Source of the DNA: a virus
Lineage: Duplodnaviria > Caudoviricetes
Reading direction: 5' to 3' (one strand)
DNA: 54,721 nucleotides
Virus record (IMG/VR): IMGVR_UViG_3300046010_002013
Span: 1-54,721 of that record
The number at the start of each line of letters is the position of its first letter. The first letter of the stretch is position 1. Below are positions 28,341 through 37,211 of the stretch, piece by piece. The notes below the pieces were generated by a model. The model saw only the letters and a list, made by a program, of their open reading frames with translations. It was not told where the DNA came from and ran no database searches. The translations under genes were made by a program, and so were the position numbers.

Positions 28341-28365
28341 AAAATGCGCGGTTGTTACACCGCGC
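28341..28365 (-). terminator. Possible terminator hairpin
   Basis: GCGCGGT/ACCGCGC stem followed by ATTTT on the minus strand. Confidence 0.45.
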
Positions 28366-28375
28366 TAGATTGTTT

Positions 28376-28513
28376 TTATTTTGCTTTCAATACTGCTAAT
28401 TTTAATGGGCAATCAGGTGTCAAACTTGTTAAATGACAACCGATACCTCCCCAAGTGATGAATCCGAATTCATCAACAGTTCCGACTAAACCGTTTAATT
28501 TAAATGTTTTCAT
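28376..28513 (-). CDS. Small hypothetical protein (45 aa, not in the ORF track)
   Basis: MKTFKLNGLVGTVDEFGFITWGGIGCHLTSLTPDCPLKLAVLKAK; TAATG coupling. Confidence 0.55.
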   Translation of the reverse strand: MKTFKLNGLVGTVDEFGFITWGGIGCHLTSLTPDCPLKLAVLKAK

Positions 28514-28734
28514 TACCATTCTCCCCATGCGCAGTTTTCTTCTTGTTCTTTATGAAGTTTCACGTATGCTCCGAGTTCTTTAATAGCTTGATCATAAGTT
28601 GTTATCGTTTCATCTAACAACTCTAATACATCTTCTTGAGGATAGCATTCTATGATCCAGTCCCACCCTTTCTCATACCGCGCCATAGCGTGGTCATGAA
28701 TTTTTTCAACCCATTTAGTTCTGTTCGCTTTCAT
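28513..28734 (-). CDS. Hypothetical early protein
   Basis: AGGAG precedes the ATG at 28734; HAMARYEKGWDWIIEC motif. Confidence 0.65.
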   Translation of the reverse strand: MKANRTKWVEKIHDHAMARYEKGWDWIIECYPQEDVLELLDETITTYDQAIKELGAYVKLHKEQEENCAWGEW

Positions 28735-28744
28735 GTCAATTCTC

Positions 28745-28942
28745 CTACACTTTATAATGGACAGGACGTTCGTAACGACCGTCGTTTTCACGGGTAACTG
28801 AGATGAGGCGACCGTCCGCAACGATGCGTACAGTTTCACCGTAAGAAAGGTTCAAGCCAAGTGGCCAAGAGTCGGTAAGATTTTCAGATTCGAGAGATTG
28901 GTTGAGTGTTTCGAACCAATTTTGTTTTGATACACGTTTCAT
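28745..28942 (-). CDS. Hypothetical early protein
   Basis: GAGGTG Shine-Dalgarno; first gene of the leftward operon. Confidence 0.7.
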   Translation of the reverse strand: MKRVSKQNWFETLNQSLESENLTDSWPLGLNLSYGETVRIVADGRLISVTRENDGRYERPVHYKV

Positions 28943-28996
28943 TTTACACCTCAGTTATTAGTTATATTGTTGCACACACCTTTCGGCTTGAAAAGA

Positions 28997-29024
28997 ATTA
29001 TACGTACTTTTTTCAGCAAGGCAA
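28997..29024 (-). promoter_or_regulatory. Leftward sigma70-like promoter
   Basis: Minus strand TTGCCT-16 nt-TATAAT with an AT-rich upstream region. Confidence 0.7.
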
Positions 29025-29175
29025 CCGTTATTTTTTAAATTAATAAAAATATTTTTAACCGTTTGAAACAAACGTATATTTCTTAGGCTTTCCACGGTTT
29101 AAAAATTTTTAAAAATATTTTTTCTCATCGGCGGCAACCGCCGAAAGCACCGAAAAATATTTTTTATTCAAGGGG

Positions 29176-29204
29176 TTGCCTTCTTGAAAGAAGTGAACTA
29201 TAGT
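29176..29204 (+). promoter_or_regulatory. Rightward sigma70-like promoter
   Basis: TTGCCT-17 nt-TATAGT with an AT-rich upstream region. Confidence 0.7.
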
Positions 29205-29241
29205 TTTCTTCCATAACCCATAACTACGAGAGAAATATCAA

Positions 29242-30801
29242 ATGAAATTAAGACCTTATCAACAGAAAGCATGCTCTACAGCCCTAGTATCATTAGTTAA
29301 CGGAGATCATCCTGTTCTTCAATTAGCCACCGGAACAGGTAAATCTTTAATCATCGCGGCTATGGCTGAACACTTTAAAATGCAAAACAAACGTGTGTGG
29401 GTGCTCACTCATATTCAACAGTTAGTTAAACAAAACGCAAAAACTTTTCAAGTATTCACTGGTCACTCGGCAGGGATAGTTTGCGCAGGACTTGATAAAA
29501 AAGAAACGCGCTCAACTGTTACTTACGCTACTATTCAAAGTATCATCGGCGTACTTGATGAAATACCTGATCCTGATTTTATTTTTATTGATGAAGCGCA
29601 TCGTGTACCTCACAATGAAGGCGGTGCTACGCTTTACGCTTCTATTTTAAGTAGGTATCCGAAGGCGCGTCGAGTAGCGTTTACTGCTACGCCTTGGAGG
29701 ATGGACAACGGAATCATTTACGGGGAAGGTGATCATTTTTGGTTTAATGATTTAGTATTTAAATATACTGTACCTGAAGCTGTTGATGACGGATGGCTTT
29801 GTCCTTTGATCGGCGTTGAAACCGCTCATCAATTAAATATAGAAGACGTAAATGTCAATAATGACTTCATTCAATCTGAAGTGAGTGATTTACAAGTTGA
29901 TGACTGGCTTGAGTCAGTTGCTCATTCTATATTAGAACTAGCGAGTAAACGTAAACACATCGCTGTTTACTGCCCGAATATTGCGTCAGCTATGAAAACT
30001 TCTCAAATAATAAAAAGAATCACTGGGTGGGAAACTGATTTTATAGCAGGTAATATCAACACTGTCATGAGAGATTACGTTCTCGGTAAATTTGAGAGCG
30101 GTAAAACGCGAGTTCTTTGCTCAGTTGACATGATAACCACTGGTTTCGATTTTCCTGCTCTAGATTGCATCGCTGTACTAAGACCTACGCTGTCTTCTTC
30201 TCTTTGGGTTCAAATACAAGGTAGAGGAACAAGACTGCATCCTGATAAAAAGAATTGCCTCGTACTTGACTACGTCGGTAACTTACAGCGGCTCGGAGGC
30301 GTTGACATGTATGAAACATACTACCGTCAAGCGCTTGATGAAGAGTTTCCGGTAGAATTACCGGCAGTGCCGACAAAACCTTACGTAAAGAAAGAGAGGG
30401 TGTTTTATCCTGGTGTACGTACGATCAAACCGATCGATCCGATGACTGGGCTTGAGGCAACCGATAATTCAATCATATTAGCAAAGGTGAGTAATGTTAA
30501 TTGCGTTGCGCTTCCGACCCGTAAAAATCCTACTCAACCTGTCGTCCTTGTTCAATACGCGTGCGTTACACCGGAAGGTGCTCGTATTGACGGTTCTACA
30601 TTTATAAACACTGAAAACCCAAAACAATCAGACATCGAGTTTTTCAAAAGGCGATCGCTCGCGGTAAACTTACCGGCTCTTGCTAAGTCTTTATCTTGGC
30701 AGCTTAAAAATGCTCGACAACCTGTTCAAGTTTCTTTACGTAAATCCGGAAAATATTGGAACGTAGTCGAGGAATATTTCGGAGAATTAAATGATAACTA
30801 A
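29242..30801 (+). CDS. Superfamily 2 helicase (RadD/YejH-like)
   Basis: LRPYQ, ATGTGKS, DEAH, TATP, TTGFD and QIQGRGTR. Confidence 0.92.
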   Translation: MKLRPYQQKACSTALVSLVNGDHPVLQLATGTGKSLIIAAMAEHFKMQNKRVWVLTHIQQLVKQNAKTFQVFTGHSAGIVCAGLDKKETRSTVTYATIQSIIGVLDEIPDPDFIFIDEAHRVPHNEGGATLYASILSRYPKARRVAFTATPWRMDNGIIYGEGDHFWFNDLVFKYTVPEAVDDGWLCPLIGVETAHQLNIEDVNVNNDFIQSEVSDLQVDDWLESVAHSILELASKRKHIAVYCPNIASAMKTSQIIKRITGWETDFIAGNINTVMRDYVLGKFESGKTRVLCSVDMITTGFDFPALDCIAVLRPTLSSSLWVQIQGRGTRLHPDKKNCLVLDYVGNLQRLGGVDMYETYYRQALDEEFPVELPAVPTKPYVKKERVFYPGVRTIKPIDPMTGLEATDNSIILAKVSNVNCVALPTRKNPTQPVVLVQYACVTPEGARIDGSTFINTENPKQSDIEFFKRRSLAVNLPALAKSLSWQLKNARQPVQVSLRKSGKYWNVVEEYFGELNDN

Positions 30802-32914
30802 AACGCCTAAGCATATCTGGGCAGTAGACTCTAATGCGCCTACGAACCTAGATTATGCGTTAGCCTATTCTAAATTAAACTGGCATGTTTTACCGGTCTG
30901 GTCTGTTGACATCAACGGGCAATGTAGATGCGGTAAATCTAATTTAGAAAAAGGACACAAGGTCGGTAAACATCCTCACACTGACTTAGCACCTCACGGA
31001 CATCAAGACGCTACTGTAGATGAACAGACAATCAGAGACTGGTGGGCTGTTGATCCTGATGCGGGTATTGGTATTAGTCTTGCTGACTCTGGCTTACTGG
31101 CTCTTGACATTGACCCGAAAAATGGCGGTTATGACTCATTAGAGATATTAGAAGCAGAACACGGGGTAATGCACTCAGACTGTACTGCGATAACTCAGGG
31201 AGGAGGAGAGCACCGGTTATTCACAGCTGATCAAAATATGTCCTACCCAGGAATGCTCGGCGCGGGTCTTGACTTAAAGCATAACGGATACATATGCGTC
31301 ATGCCGACACTCGGACCTTCCGGTGATTATAAATGGGCAGCGGGTAGATCACCTCTCAGTCAGTCAAGACCGGCAAAACCTTCTCCTCTACCTCAACTGA
31401 TTGCGAGTAAAGCTCGTGCGCCGGTTAGTTACAGTCTTACTGAGCGTTCCGGCGTTCCCGTTGCTACTGCTCAAACTTTTGATGATTTACGATCCGCGTT
31501 GAAGTATGTTGATGCTGATGACTATACGACTTGGGTCAATGTCGGCATGGTGCTCAAACCTTATGGAGAAAACGGCTATAAAATATGGACTGAGTGGGCA
31601 AGCGGTAGTGATAAATTTGACGCGGCTGCTCAACGTAAGAAGTGGGAACGTGACATTGACACACCTCACTCAATAACCTATCGATCGATTTTTCGTATGG
31701 CTATTGACAGTGGTTGGGCAGGTAACTCGACTACTGACAAAATAGAAGTAGACGTGCCGAAGCTGCATCCGTTTAGTCTTAAACTGGCAGCGCCGGTCGG
31801 TGTTCATGACGTTACGGTGTTTGAATATCTTTACGATGATTTCATGTCTACCGGCGTTAACGTTATTGCGGGTGCTCCTGGGGTCGGTAAAACGACTTTG
31901 ATTGTACCCATGGCGCTCGCAACCGCGCATCTTTGTCCTTATGATTACGCTCTGAAGCCGTCTGTGCGTCGTAACGTGATCATTATAACTGAGTCTGTAG
32001 TTCAGGTTCAACGGGTGATATACTCCCTTTATAAATGGGGTTACACTGGGATGGGTCCTGAAGACTTTGACGAACGTGTGCGTGTTATATCTGCTCAGAG
32101 ATTAAATCCTGAGTTTGTAGTAAAAGTGTCTGAAGAATATAAAAATTGGACGGTTGAAAATGAAAAGAAAAATGGTGAGATGTATATCGCTCTTCCGCTT
32201 GTGGTGTTTGATACAGCAAACGCGGTATTTGATTTGGAAAATGAGAACGATAACGCTGAAGTAGGTAAAGCTATGGCATACGTCAAGCAGGCGTTCGCTA
32301 ACTTTCCTATTATAATAGTAAGCCACACTTCAAAAATATCAGGCATGACTGAGTCTGATTATTTATCTCCGCGAGGTGCTTCGGCTTGGACTGGTGATGC
32401 TCAAGGTGTTTACACAGTGTTCAAAGACGGAGATTATGAAGAAGCGCCTCGTGTGCTCAAAGCAGTAAAGGTCAGATTTCCTACCGCGTTTCCTGAATTA
32501 GCTTTCGACTTAGTTAGCAATCAAGAAAAACATAAAGACGTCCTAGGTTATGATAAAGAAGTTTGGTTCAGTCACTCTGTCGCCCGTCCTTTGAGATCAG
32601 GGGAAAGGCTGCAGTTAAAAGATGATCGAAAAGAAAAAAGAGAACAAGAGACATGGCTCAATGTTTGTGAAGATTTGATCGACCTCGTACGTCGTGAACC
32701 TCGCATGAGCCGTACGCATTATGAAAGACTGCCGGTCGCTAATGGCGGCGTCAAAGCTAGTCAAGATCGTAAAGAACGTGCGATCAACAGTTTACTTGAG
32801 GATGGCTCACTTGAGCGAATCGAGTTAGAAAAACCGATAGGTCGTGCAAACCATTACCTACGGGTCAACGAAGAAGTAGTACAATCATTTCAACAAAGTA
32901 AATACGGAGTCTGA
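30791..32914 (+). CDS. Primase-polymerase with PriCT-2 and AAA/RecA-like helicase domains
   Basis: GKHP, ALDIDPKNGG, GGGEH, DDYTTWVNVGM.L, Walker A GAPGVGKTT and RGASAWTGD. Confidence 0.88.
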   Translation: MITKTPKHIWAVDSNAPTNLDYALAYSKLNWHVLPVWSVDINGQCRCGKSNLEKGHKVGKHPHTDLAPHGHQDATVDEQTIRDWWAVDPDAGIGISLADSGLLALDIDPKNGGYDSLEILEAEHGVMHSDCTAITQGGGEHRLFTADQNMSYPGMLGAGLDLKHNGYICVMPTLGPSGDYKWAAGRSPLSQSRPAKPSPLPQLIASKARAPVSYSLTERSGVPVATAQTFDDLRSALKYVDADDYTTWVNVGMVLKPYGENGYKIWTEWASGSDKFDAAAQRKKWERDIDTPHSITYRSIFRMAIDSGWAGNSTTDKIEVDVPKLHPFSLKLAAPVGVHDVTVFEYLYDDFMSTGVNVIAGAPGVGKTTLIVPMALATAHLCPYDYALKPSVRRNVIIITESVVQVQRVIYSLYKWGYTGMGPEDFDERVRVISAQRLNPEFVVKVSEEYKNWTVENEKKNGEMYIALPLVVFDTANAVFDLENENDNAEVGKAMAYVKQAFANFPIIIVSHTSKISGMTESDYLSPRGASAWTGDAQGVYTVFKDGDYEEAPRVLKAVKVRFPTAFPELAFDLVSNQEKHKDVLGYDKEVWFSHSVARPLRSGERLQLKDDRKEKREQETWLNVCEDLIDLVRREPRMSRTHYERLPVANGGVKASQDRKERAINSLLEDGSLERIELEKPIGRANHYLRVNEEVVQSFQQSKYGV

Positions 32915-32925
32915 AGGAGAATCCT

Positions 32926-33162
32926 ATGAACATAAAACAAATATTTATCGGCATGTCACCATTTTTGAGAGACAGATTTTGCAGTGAGGTGTTTACGCTG
33001 GGCTTAGTCAATGAACTCAATCAAAAACGATTTAACGTGCATTGCCGCCGGTTAGTCAGTCAACACAGAGGAGCGACTAGAACGCTTTATAAAGCACTTT
33101 CAAGATTGAGTTTAGAAGAAAGAACTCGTTTCTTTGACGTCATCAGCGGAGCAGTACAATGA
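32926..33162 (+). CDS. Hypothetical protein
   Basis: AAGGAG Shine-Dalgarno; operonic. Confidence 0.65.
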   Translation: MNIKQIFIGMSPFLRDRFCSEVFTLGLVNELNQKRFNVHCRRLVSQHRGATRTLYKALSRLSLEERTRFFDVISGAVQ

Positions 33163-33587
33163 GTTTATTAACAAACGAACAAATTGACGAAATTATCGAC
33201 ATGGCAACTCAGCAGGATGAGTTTGCCAAAATTTTAAAATTAAAATTTGATCATTGGAACAAAAATCAACATCCATTTAATGTCAATTGGGATGACATAC
33301 CGGAAGAAGTGATTGAAGTTCAAGTTAAGATAGACTGGTTGAGACCAGACACCGGAGATTATTACGAAGAACCGTTCTTCATTAAAATTTATAAACGTCC
33401 GTTACGCGCTCACCCTCACGCCGAAATCATGATGAAATATGCTGAGGTGGCACAAAGACGTGTTGATCCTTGGGTTGAGTTTGAAATCACATTTGATAAA
33501 GATTATGACTGTTGGAGTAGTTGTGATGTTGATATTAGATTTCTTGCTGATGGTAGACGTTACCGACACATTGGAGACAGAGCATGA
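33159..33587 (+). CDS. Hypothetical protein
   Basis: ATGA-coupled; HPHAEIMMKYAE...PWVEFE motif. Confidence 0.65.
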   Translation: MSLLTNEQIDEIIDMATQQDEFAKILKLKFDHWNKNQHPFNVNWDDIPEEVIEVQVKIDWLRPDTGDYYEEPFFIKIYKRPLRAHPHAEIMMKYAEVAQRRVDPWVEFEITFDKDYDCWSSCDVDIRFLADGRRYRHIGDRA

Positions 33588-33796
33588 AATCAATGACGAT
33601 AAAACAGTTTTTAGAAATAACCGGCATGTCTCAAGCTACGCTCAGACGCAAATTGATTGCGCTTAATGCGTCTCCGGTGGGCGCTACTACTCAAGGTAAG
33701 ACATCTTGGCTTTGGGCGCTTGACGATTTAGAAAAAGCGATGTCATTGGTTAACGTTTACTTGTCCCCTCGCGGACGTCCTAGAAAATACGGGTGA
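33584..33796 (+). CDS. Small helix-turn-helix DNA-binding protein
   Basis: MTIKQFLEITGMSQATLRRK HTH-like segment; RGRPRK AT-hook-like tail. Confidence 0.6.
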   Translation: MKSMTIKQFLEITGMSQATLRRKLIALNASPVGATTQGKTSWLWALDDLEKAMSLVNVYLSPRGRPRKYG

Positions 33797-33799
33797 TTT

Positions 33800-33955
33800 A
33801 TGAGTCTTGAATCATATTTATATGACAAATATATTGACGAGTTGGTGAATATCTTTGAAGAAGTCTTGGATTCGTGGCAAGCTGGTGAGTCAATAGAGGA
33901 AGCTAAACAAATTTACGATAAAGCACGACAAATGCTACCTAAAGATAGAGGATGA
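33800..33955 (+). CDS. Small hypothetical protein (51 aa, not in the ORF track)
   Basis: Fills the operon gap; MSLESYLYDKYIDELVNIFEEVLDSWQAG... Confidence 0.55.
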   Translation: MSLESYLYDKYIDELVNIFEEVLDSWQAGESIEEAKQIYDKARQMLPKDRG

Positions 33956-33958
33956 GTT

Positions 33959-34294
33959 ATGAGTGAGCAAAAGCCTGTTGGCTATCTATACAAACAGAAA
34001 GATTGTTATGGCGAAATTGAAACAGTGTTTAGCTTTGATAAGCCCTATATCACATGGCATAACGTTACAGATGTCACTCCTGTCTACCTAACACCACCAG
34101 AACGTGAACTTTTGAGTGCTGATGAAATTTTCAGCATTGGATATAGCGCAGGATTTGCTCTTGATCATGTTGAAAATGATGATGGTTATGTCTACGGCTT
34201 TTTAAACGAGTATGGTTATATTGATAATACTTTATATTTTAAGTTTGTCAGGGCAATAGAAAAAGCACATGGCATTGGAGTAGAAAATGAATAA
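33959..34294 (+). CDS. Hypothetical phage protein
   Basis: KPVGY...P.Y..PP and FVRAIEKAHGIG motifs typical of small phage proteins. Confidence 0.7.
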   Translation: MSEQKPVGYLYKQKDCYGEIETVFSFDKPYITWHNVTDVTPVYLTPPERELLSADEIFSIGYSAGFALDHVENDDGYVYGFLNEYGYIDNTLYFKFVRAIEKAHGIGVENE

Positions 34295-34514
34295 AGAATT
34301 AGCCCTCCGCACCATAAAACTGCTGTCAGCATTAGAGGCTTATGCCTTTATGATTGAAAAGTTTATGCTAGATTATCTGCACGACGAGCTTATAACACTT
34401 GGGAGTGATTTGGAAAGCATCGTGCTTGATAAGACTATTGAAAACAGTGTGGCTCATGTTGTCACTGAACTTATGAATGCGGGTTGGAAACAGAATGAAA
34501 AGAATAAAACTTGA
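34287..34514 (+). CDS. Hypothetical protein
   Basis: Overlapping operonic ORF. Confidence 0.6.
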   Translation: MNKELALRTIKLLSALEAYAFMIEKFMLDYLHDELITLGSDLESIVLDKTIENSVAHVVTELMNAGWKQNEKNKT

Positions 34515-34686
34515 GTTAGGCGGTAAGTACAAATCTCGCAGTGGGGAAGTGGTTACTATACTTGAAAAGATACGCGGTTTACCGCGTTATCCGTACATCG
34601 GGGATAATAACCAGTGTTACACTTATTACGGTAGGCAAGATGAAAATGACGATACGTCCGGTGATTTGATTGAAGAGATAGGATAA
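34477..34686 (+). CDS. Hypothetical protein
   Basis: LELGGKYKSRSGEVV...DLIEE motif; the true start may be slightly downstream. Confidence 0.6.
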   Translation: MRVGNRMKRIKLELGGKYKSRSGEVVTILEKIRGLPRYPYIGDNNQCYTYYGRQDENDDTSGDLIEEIG

Positions 34687-34688
34687 TT

Positions 34689-35234
34689 ATGTTAGATTTA
34701 ATTGATGATAAAGAGCCGCGTAAAGCTGAAGATTTGAGAGCTTTCTTTAGAACTTGGATTCATTATGATGCTTTTACGGGCGAGTTAACTCGTATCAAAG
34801 GGAACGGTACTAAAAACGGAACCAGACCTCGTCCGCTTTCCGTGACAAAGAAGTTCGGAGGTAGAACTAAAACGGTAGGGTATCATATTTCAATATGCTG
34901 TCGCTCTTACTCTGTTAATAATGTGATCTGGTGCTACGTGACCGGACACTATCCTCATAATGAAATAGTGTACTTTAAAAACGGAGACAAAGAAGACCGC
35001 CGATTTAACAACCTTGAGTTGATGTCAAAGTCAAGACACGCTCACCTCGTTCAAATACGCAACGACCTAGGAGCTACTGAAAATGTCTTTGGCTCTACCG
35101 GTTATATACCGAGGATCATAGTACGCGGTAAACGGGTTAACCTCGGTCGTTTTGACGATGCTCGTGAAGCTCGTATAGCTTATATGAGCGCGAAATTAAA
35201 ACTTAGACAAACACCGGAGAGATTAAATGTTTGA
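34689..35234 (+). CDS. HNH endonuclease-like protein with an AP2-like C-terminus, apparently degenerate
   Basis: YDAFTGELT N-terminus, NGDKED.RFNNL, and LGRFD...EA..AY. Confidence 0.65.
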   Translation: MLDLIDDKEPRKAEDLRAFFRTWIHYDAFTGELTRIKGNGTKNGTRPRPLSVTKKFGGRTKTVGYHISICCRSYSVNNVIWCYVTGHYPHNEIVYFKNGDKEDRRFNNLELMSKSRHAHLVQIRNDLGATENVFGSTGYIPRIIVRGKRVNLGRFDDAREARIAYMSAKLKLRQTPERLNV

Positions 35235-35469
35235 TGAAGAAGATAAAATATGTCGTGTTTGTCAATACTTGAAGCCGGCAGCGCAGTTTTACAAAAGACG
35301 ACACGGTCATCGTCAGAGTGAGTGTCGTGACTGCGCGATTGAACGTAATGTAAAGAATACGGCAGTACGCTACGGTAATACGGAAGGCTCTCTTGATTTG
35401 AAAAGATGCCGTCAATTTTTACAAACACACATCATTACGCCGAAAGGCTGGGAGATGACGCTATGTTAA
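35227..35469 (+). CDS. Small zinc-finger protein
   Basis: CRVC...FY...CRDC. Confidence 0.65.
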   Translation: MFDEEDKICRVCQYLKPAAQFYKRRHGHRQSECRDCAIERNVKNTAVRYGNTEGSLDLKRCRQFLQTHIITPKGWEMTLC

Positions 35470-35723
35470 TAACTGAACCTCAATGGATTTTTGCATCGCC
35501 AGAGTCTTATAATACGATACATGAAGTTCCTGCTTATCAACCGTCTTACACGGACATCAAAGCGCCTACTGTTGACGAACGTATCAAAGCGATCACAGAC
35601 ACGTTGATTGAGCTTAAAAAAGAGCGTAAAGAGTTACGCAAAAAGAAGCATCAAAATATAGCGAAAGCTAATTACTATGAGTTGCAACTCAGTTTGATTA
35701 AAAAGGAGAAAGAAAATGGGTGA
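35463..35723 (+). CDS. Hypothetical coiled-coil protein
   Basis: GGAG precedes the ATG at 35463. Confidence 0.55.
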   Translation: MLITEPQWIFASPESYNTIHEVPAYQPSYTDIKAPTVDERIKAITDTLIELKKERKELRKKKHQNIAKANYYELQLSLIKKEKENG

Positions 35724-36188
35724 AATTATTTATTGGGTTACGGTGATCACTATCATCGTTTTCCTGCTCGTTGAGTCTAACATGAGAGATGATGACAATG
35801 GCTATTGATGATATAGCAGCGCTCGTATTTTTATTTTTAGGAACTATCTTAGGAGTACTTTGGATATGTCACTGAGACAATGGTTTATTAAAAAGGTGCT
35901 ACGCCGTTCTGAGCAGTGTGAACACACTTGGGCATACTATAACAGCCGCAAAATAAAGCAATGCGTCAACTATCCTTGCCGCGTTATTGAGCCGATCGAC
36001 AACGTCATGCCGGCTCACACAAGATGAGCGGGGAAGGCGGTGTGGAATACATTGAATTAAAAAGTGTGAGTGAGGATGAATTAAAATCGTTTAGAAATGA
36101 CGTTCTTGAAGAAGCCGCACTCAAACTTGAAGAAATTGCCACTGCTTTTTGCTTTGCAGACTACGTAAGGCTGTTGAAAAGAAATTAG
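35716..36188 (+). CDS. Run of four overlapping tiny ORFs (35716-35808, 35798-35875, 35866-36027, 36024-36188)
   Basis: Each overlaps the previous stop; the first two are hydrophobic 25-30 aa peptides and the third has Cys/His residues. Confidence 0.5.
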
Positions 36189-36234
36189 GGGCTGTGTGGG
36201 GGCTGTGTTTTGATTGTCCTATTTTTGTATTTTG

Positions 36235-36522
36235 ATCGTTCGGTTTGATCGTTCGAACGATTACCCGAACGAACGATCACTTTCCCGCATAATCTCCGAT
36301 CGTTCGTTTGATTCGTAGGAGGGGGCAATTAGCCCTCCTCCGAAGAACGAACAGAATGATAGCGAACGCTAACGGAGTATAGTTTTGAGGTAATCGTTCG
36401 GGGTAATCGTTCGGTATGTTTTTCTGGTTTTACGTAAGTGATTGTTTTCTGAGTAAAAAGTAATCGTTCGTTCGGGGTGTTCTCTCGAAGAGACGAACGA
36501 TCAAATCCGAACGATTACTTTT
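36235..36522. repeat. Iteron-like cluster of ATCGTTCG/CGAACGAT octamers (possible origin or packaging site)
   Basis: 10 copies in ~290 bp in both orientations; non-coding; upstream of terS. Confidence 0.85.
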
Positions 36523-36593
36523 CCGTCGCACGGCGGGGTGGGATGCGGAGGAAAAGTCGGAAGTTTTGTTTTTGATTTTTGAGGAGGTATAGT

Positions 36594-37205
36594 ATGGGTA
36601 AGTTGAAAGCTGGGGAAAAAGCGTCAAGTGGTACGGAGTTGGTTGTCGTAAAGAAGAAGCCAGGACCTGCTCCGAAGTATGATCGTGAGGCTTGTGTTGC
36701 AGTTATTTGTGCTGAACTTGAACGGGGTGTGAGTCTGAATCAGGCGGTTAGGGTGAGCGACGGCTTGCCGGCGATCGCGACCTTTCTTACTTGGGTTGAG
36801 GAAGATCCCCGAGGGATTGGCGAAAGATACGCACGTGCCCGTTCAATTGGATATCACCTGCTCGCTGATGAGATCGTTGATCTTTCAAATAAGACGTGCG
36901 AGTGGATTATGATACAGGATCTTGACGCTTACGGTAAGCCAATCTATAGTGAGACCGGCGAACCGCGTCTGAAGCAAGTTCTGATGCCTCTCAACAGTGA
37001 TGTGATTGCGCACACGCGACTTCAAATTGATACGCGCAAATGGATGCTGTCAAAGATGCTGCCGAAAATATACGGCGAAAAAATAACACAAGAGATAACT
37101 GGAACTGACGGTGGTCCGATAACAATGGCGTCAGTGGATTTGAAAAACCTCAGTGATAATGAATTAGCAAATATGCAAACCCTGCTCGCAAAAGCGGCAG
37201 GATAA
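36594..37205 (+). CDS. terS: Terminase small subunit
   Basis: GAGGAGG Shine-Dalgarno; ERYARAR...LADEI and RLQIDTRKW.LSK..PK.YG motifs. Confidence 0.88.
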   Translation: MGKLKAGEKASSGTELVVVKKKPGPAPKYDREACVAVICAELERGVSLNQAVRVSDGLPAIATFLTWVEEDPRGIGERYARARSIGYHLLADEIVDLSNKTCEWIMIQDLDAYGKPIYSETGEPRLKQVLMPLNSDVIAHTRLQIDTRKWMLSKMLPKIYGEKITQEITGTDGGPITMASVDLKNLSDNELANMQTLLAKAAG

Positions 37206-37211
37206 AAGAAT

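Noticed and set aside
33584-33796. Excisionase implying a temperate lifestyle
   Set aside because: No integrase, CI-like repressor or partition genes were recognised in the closed genome.
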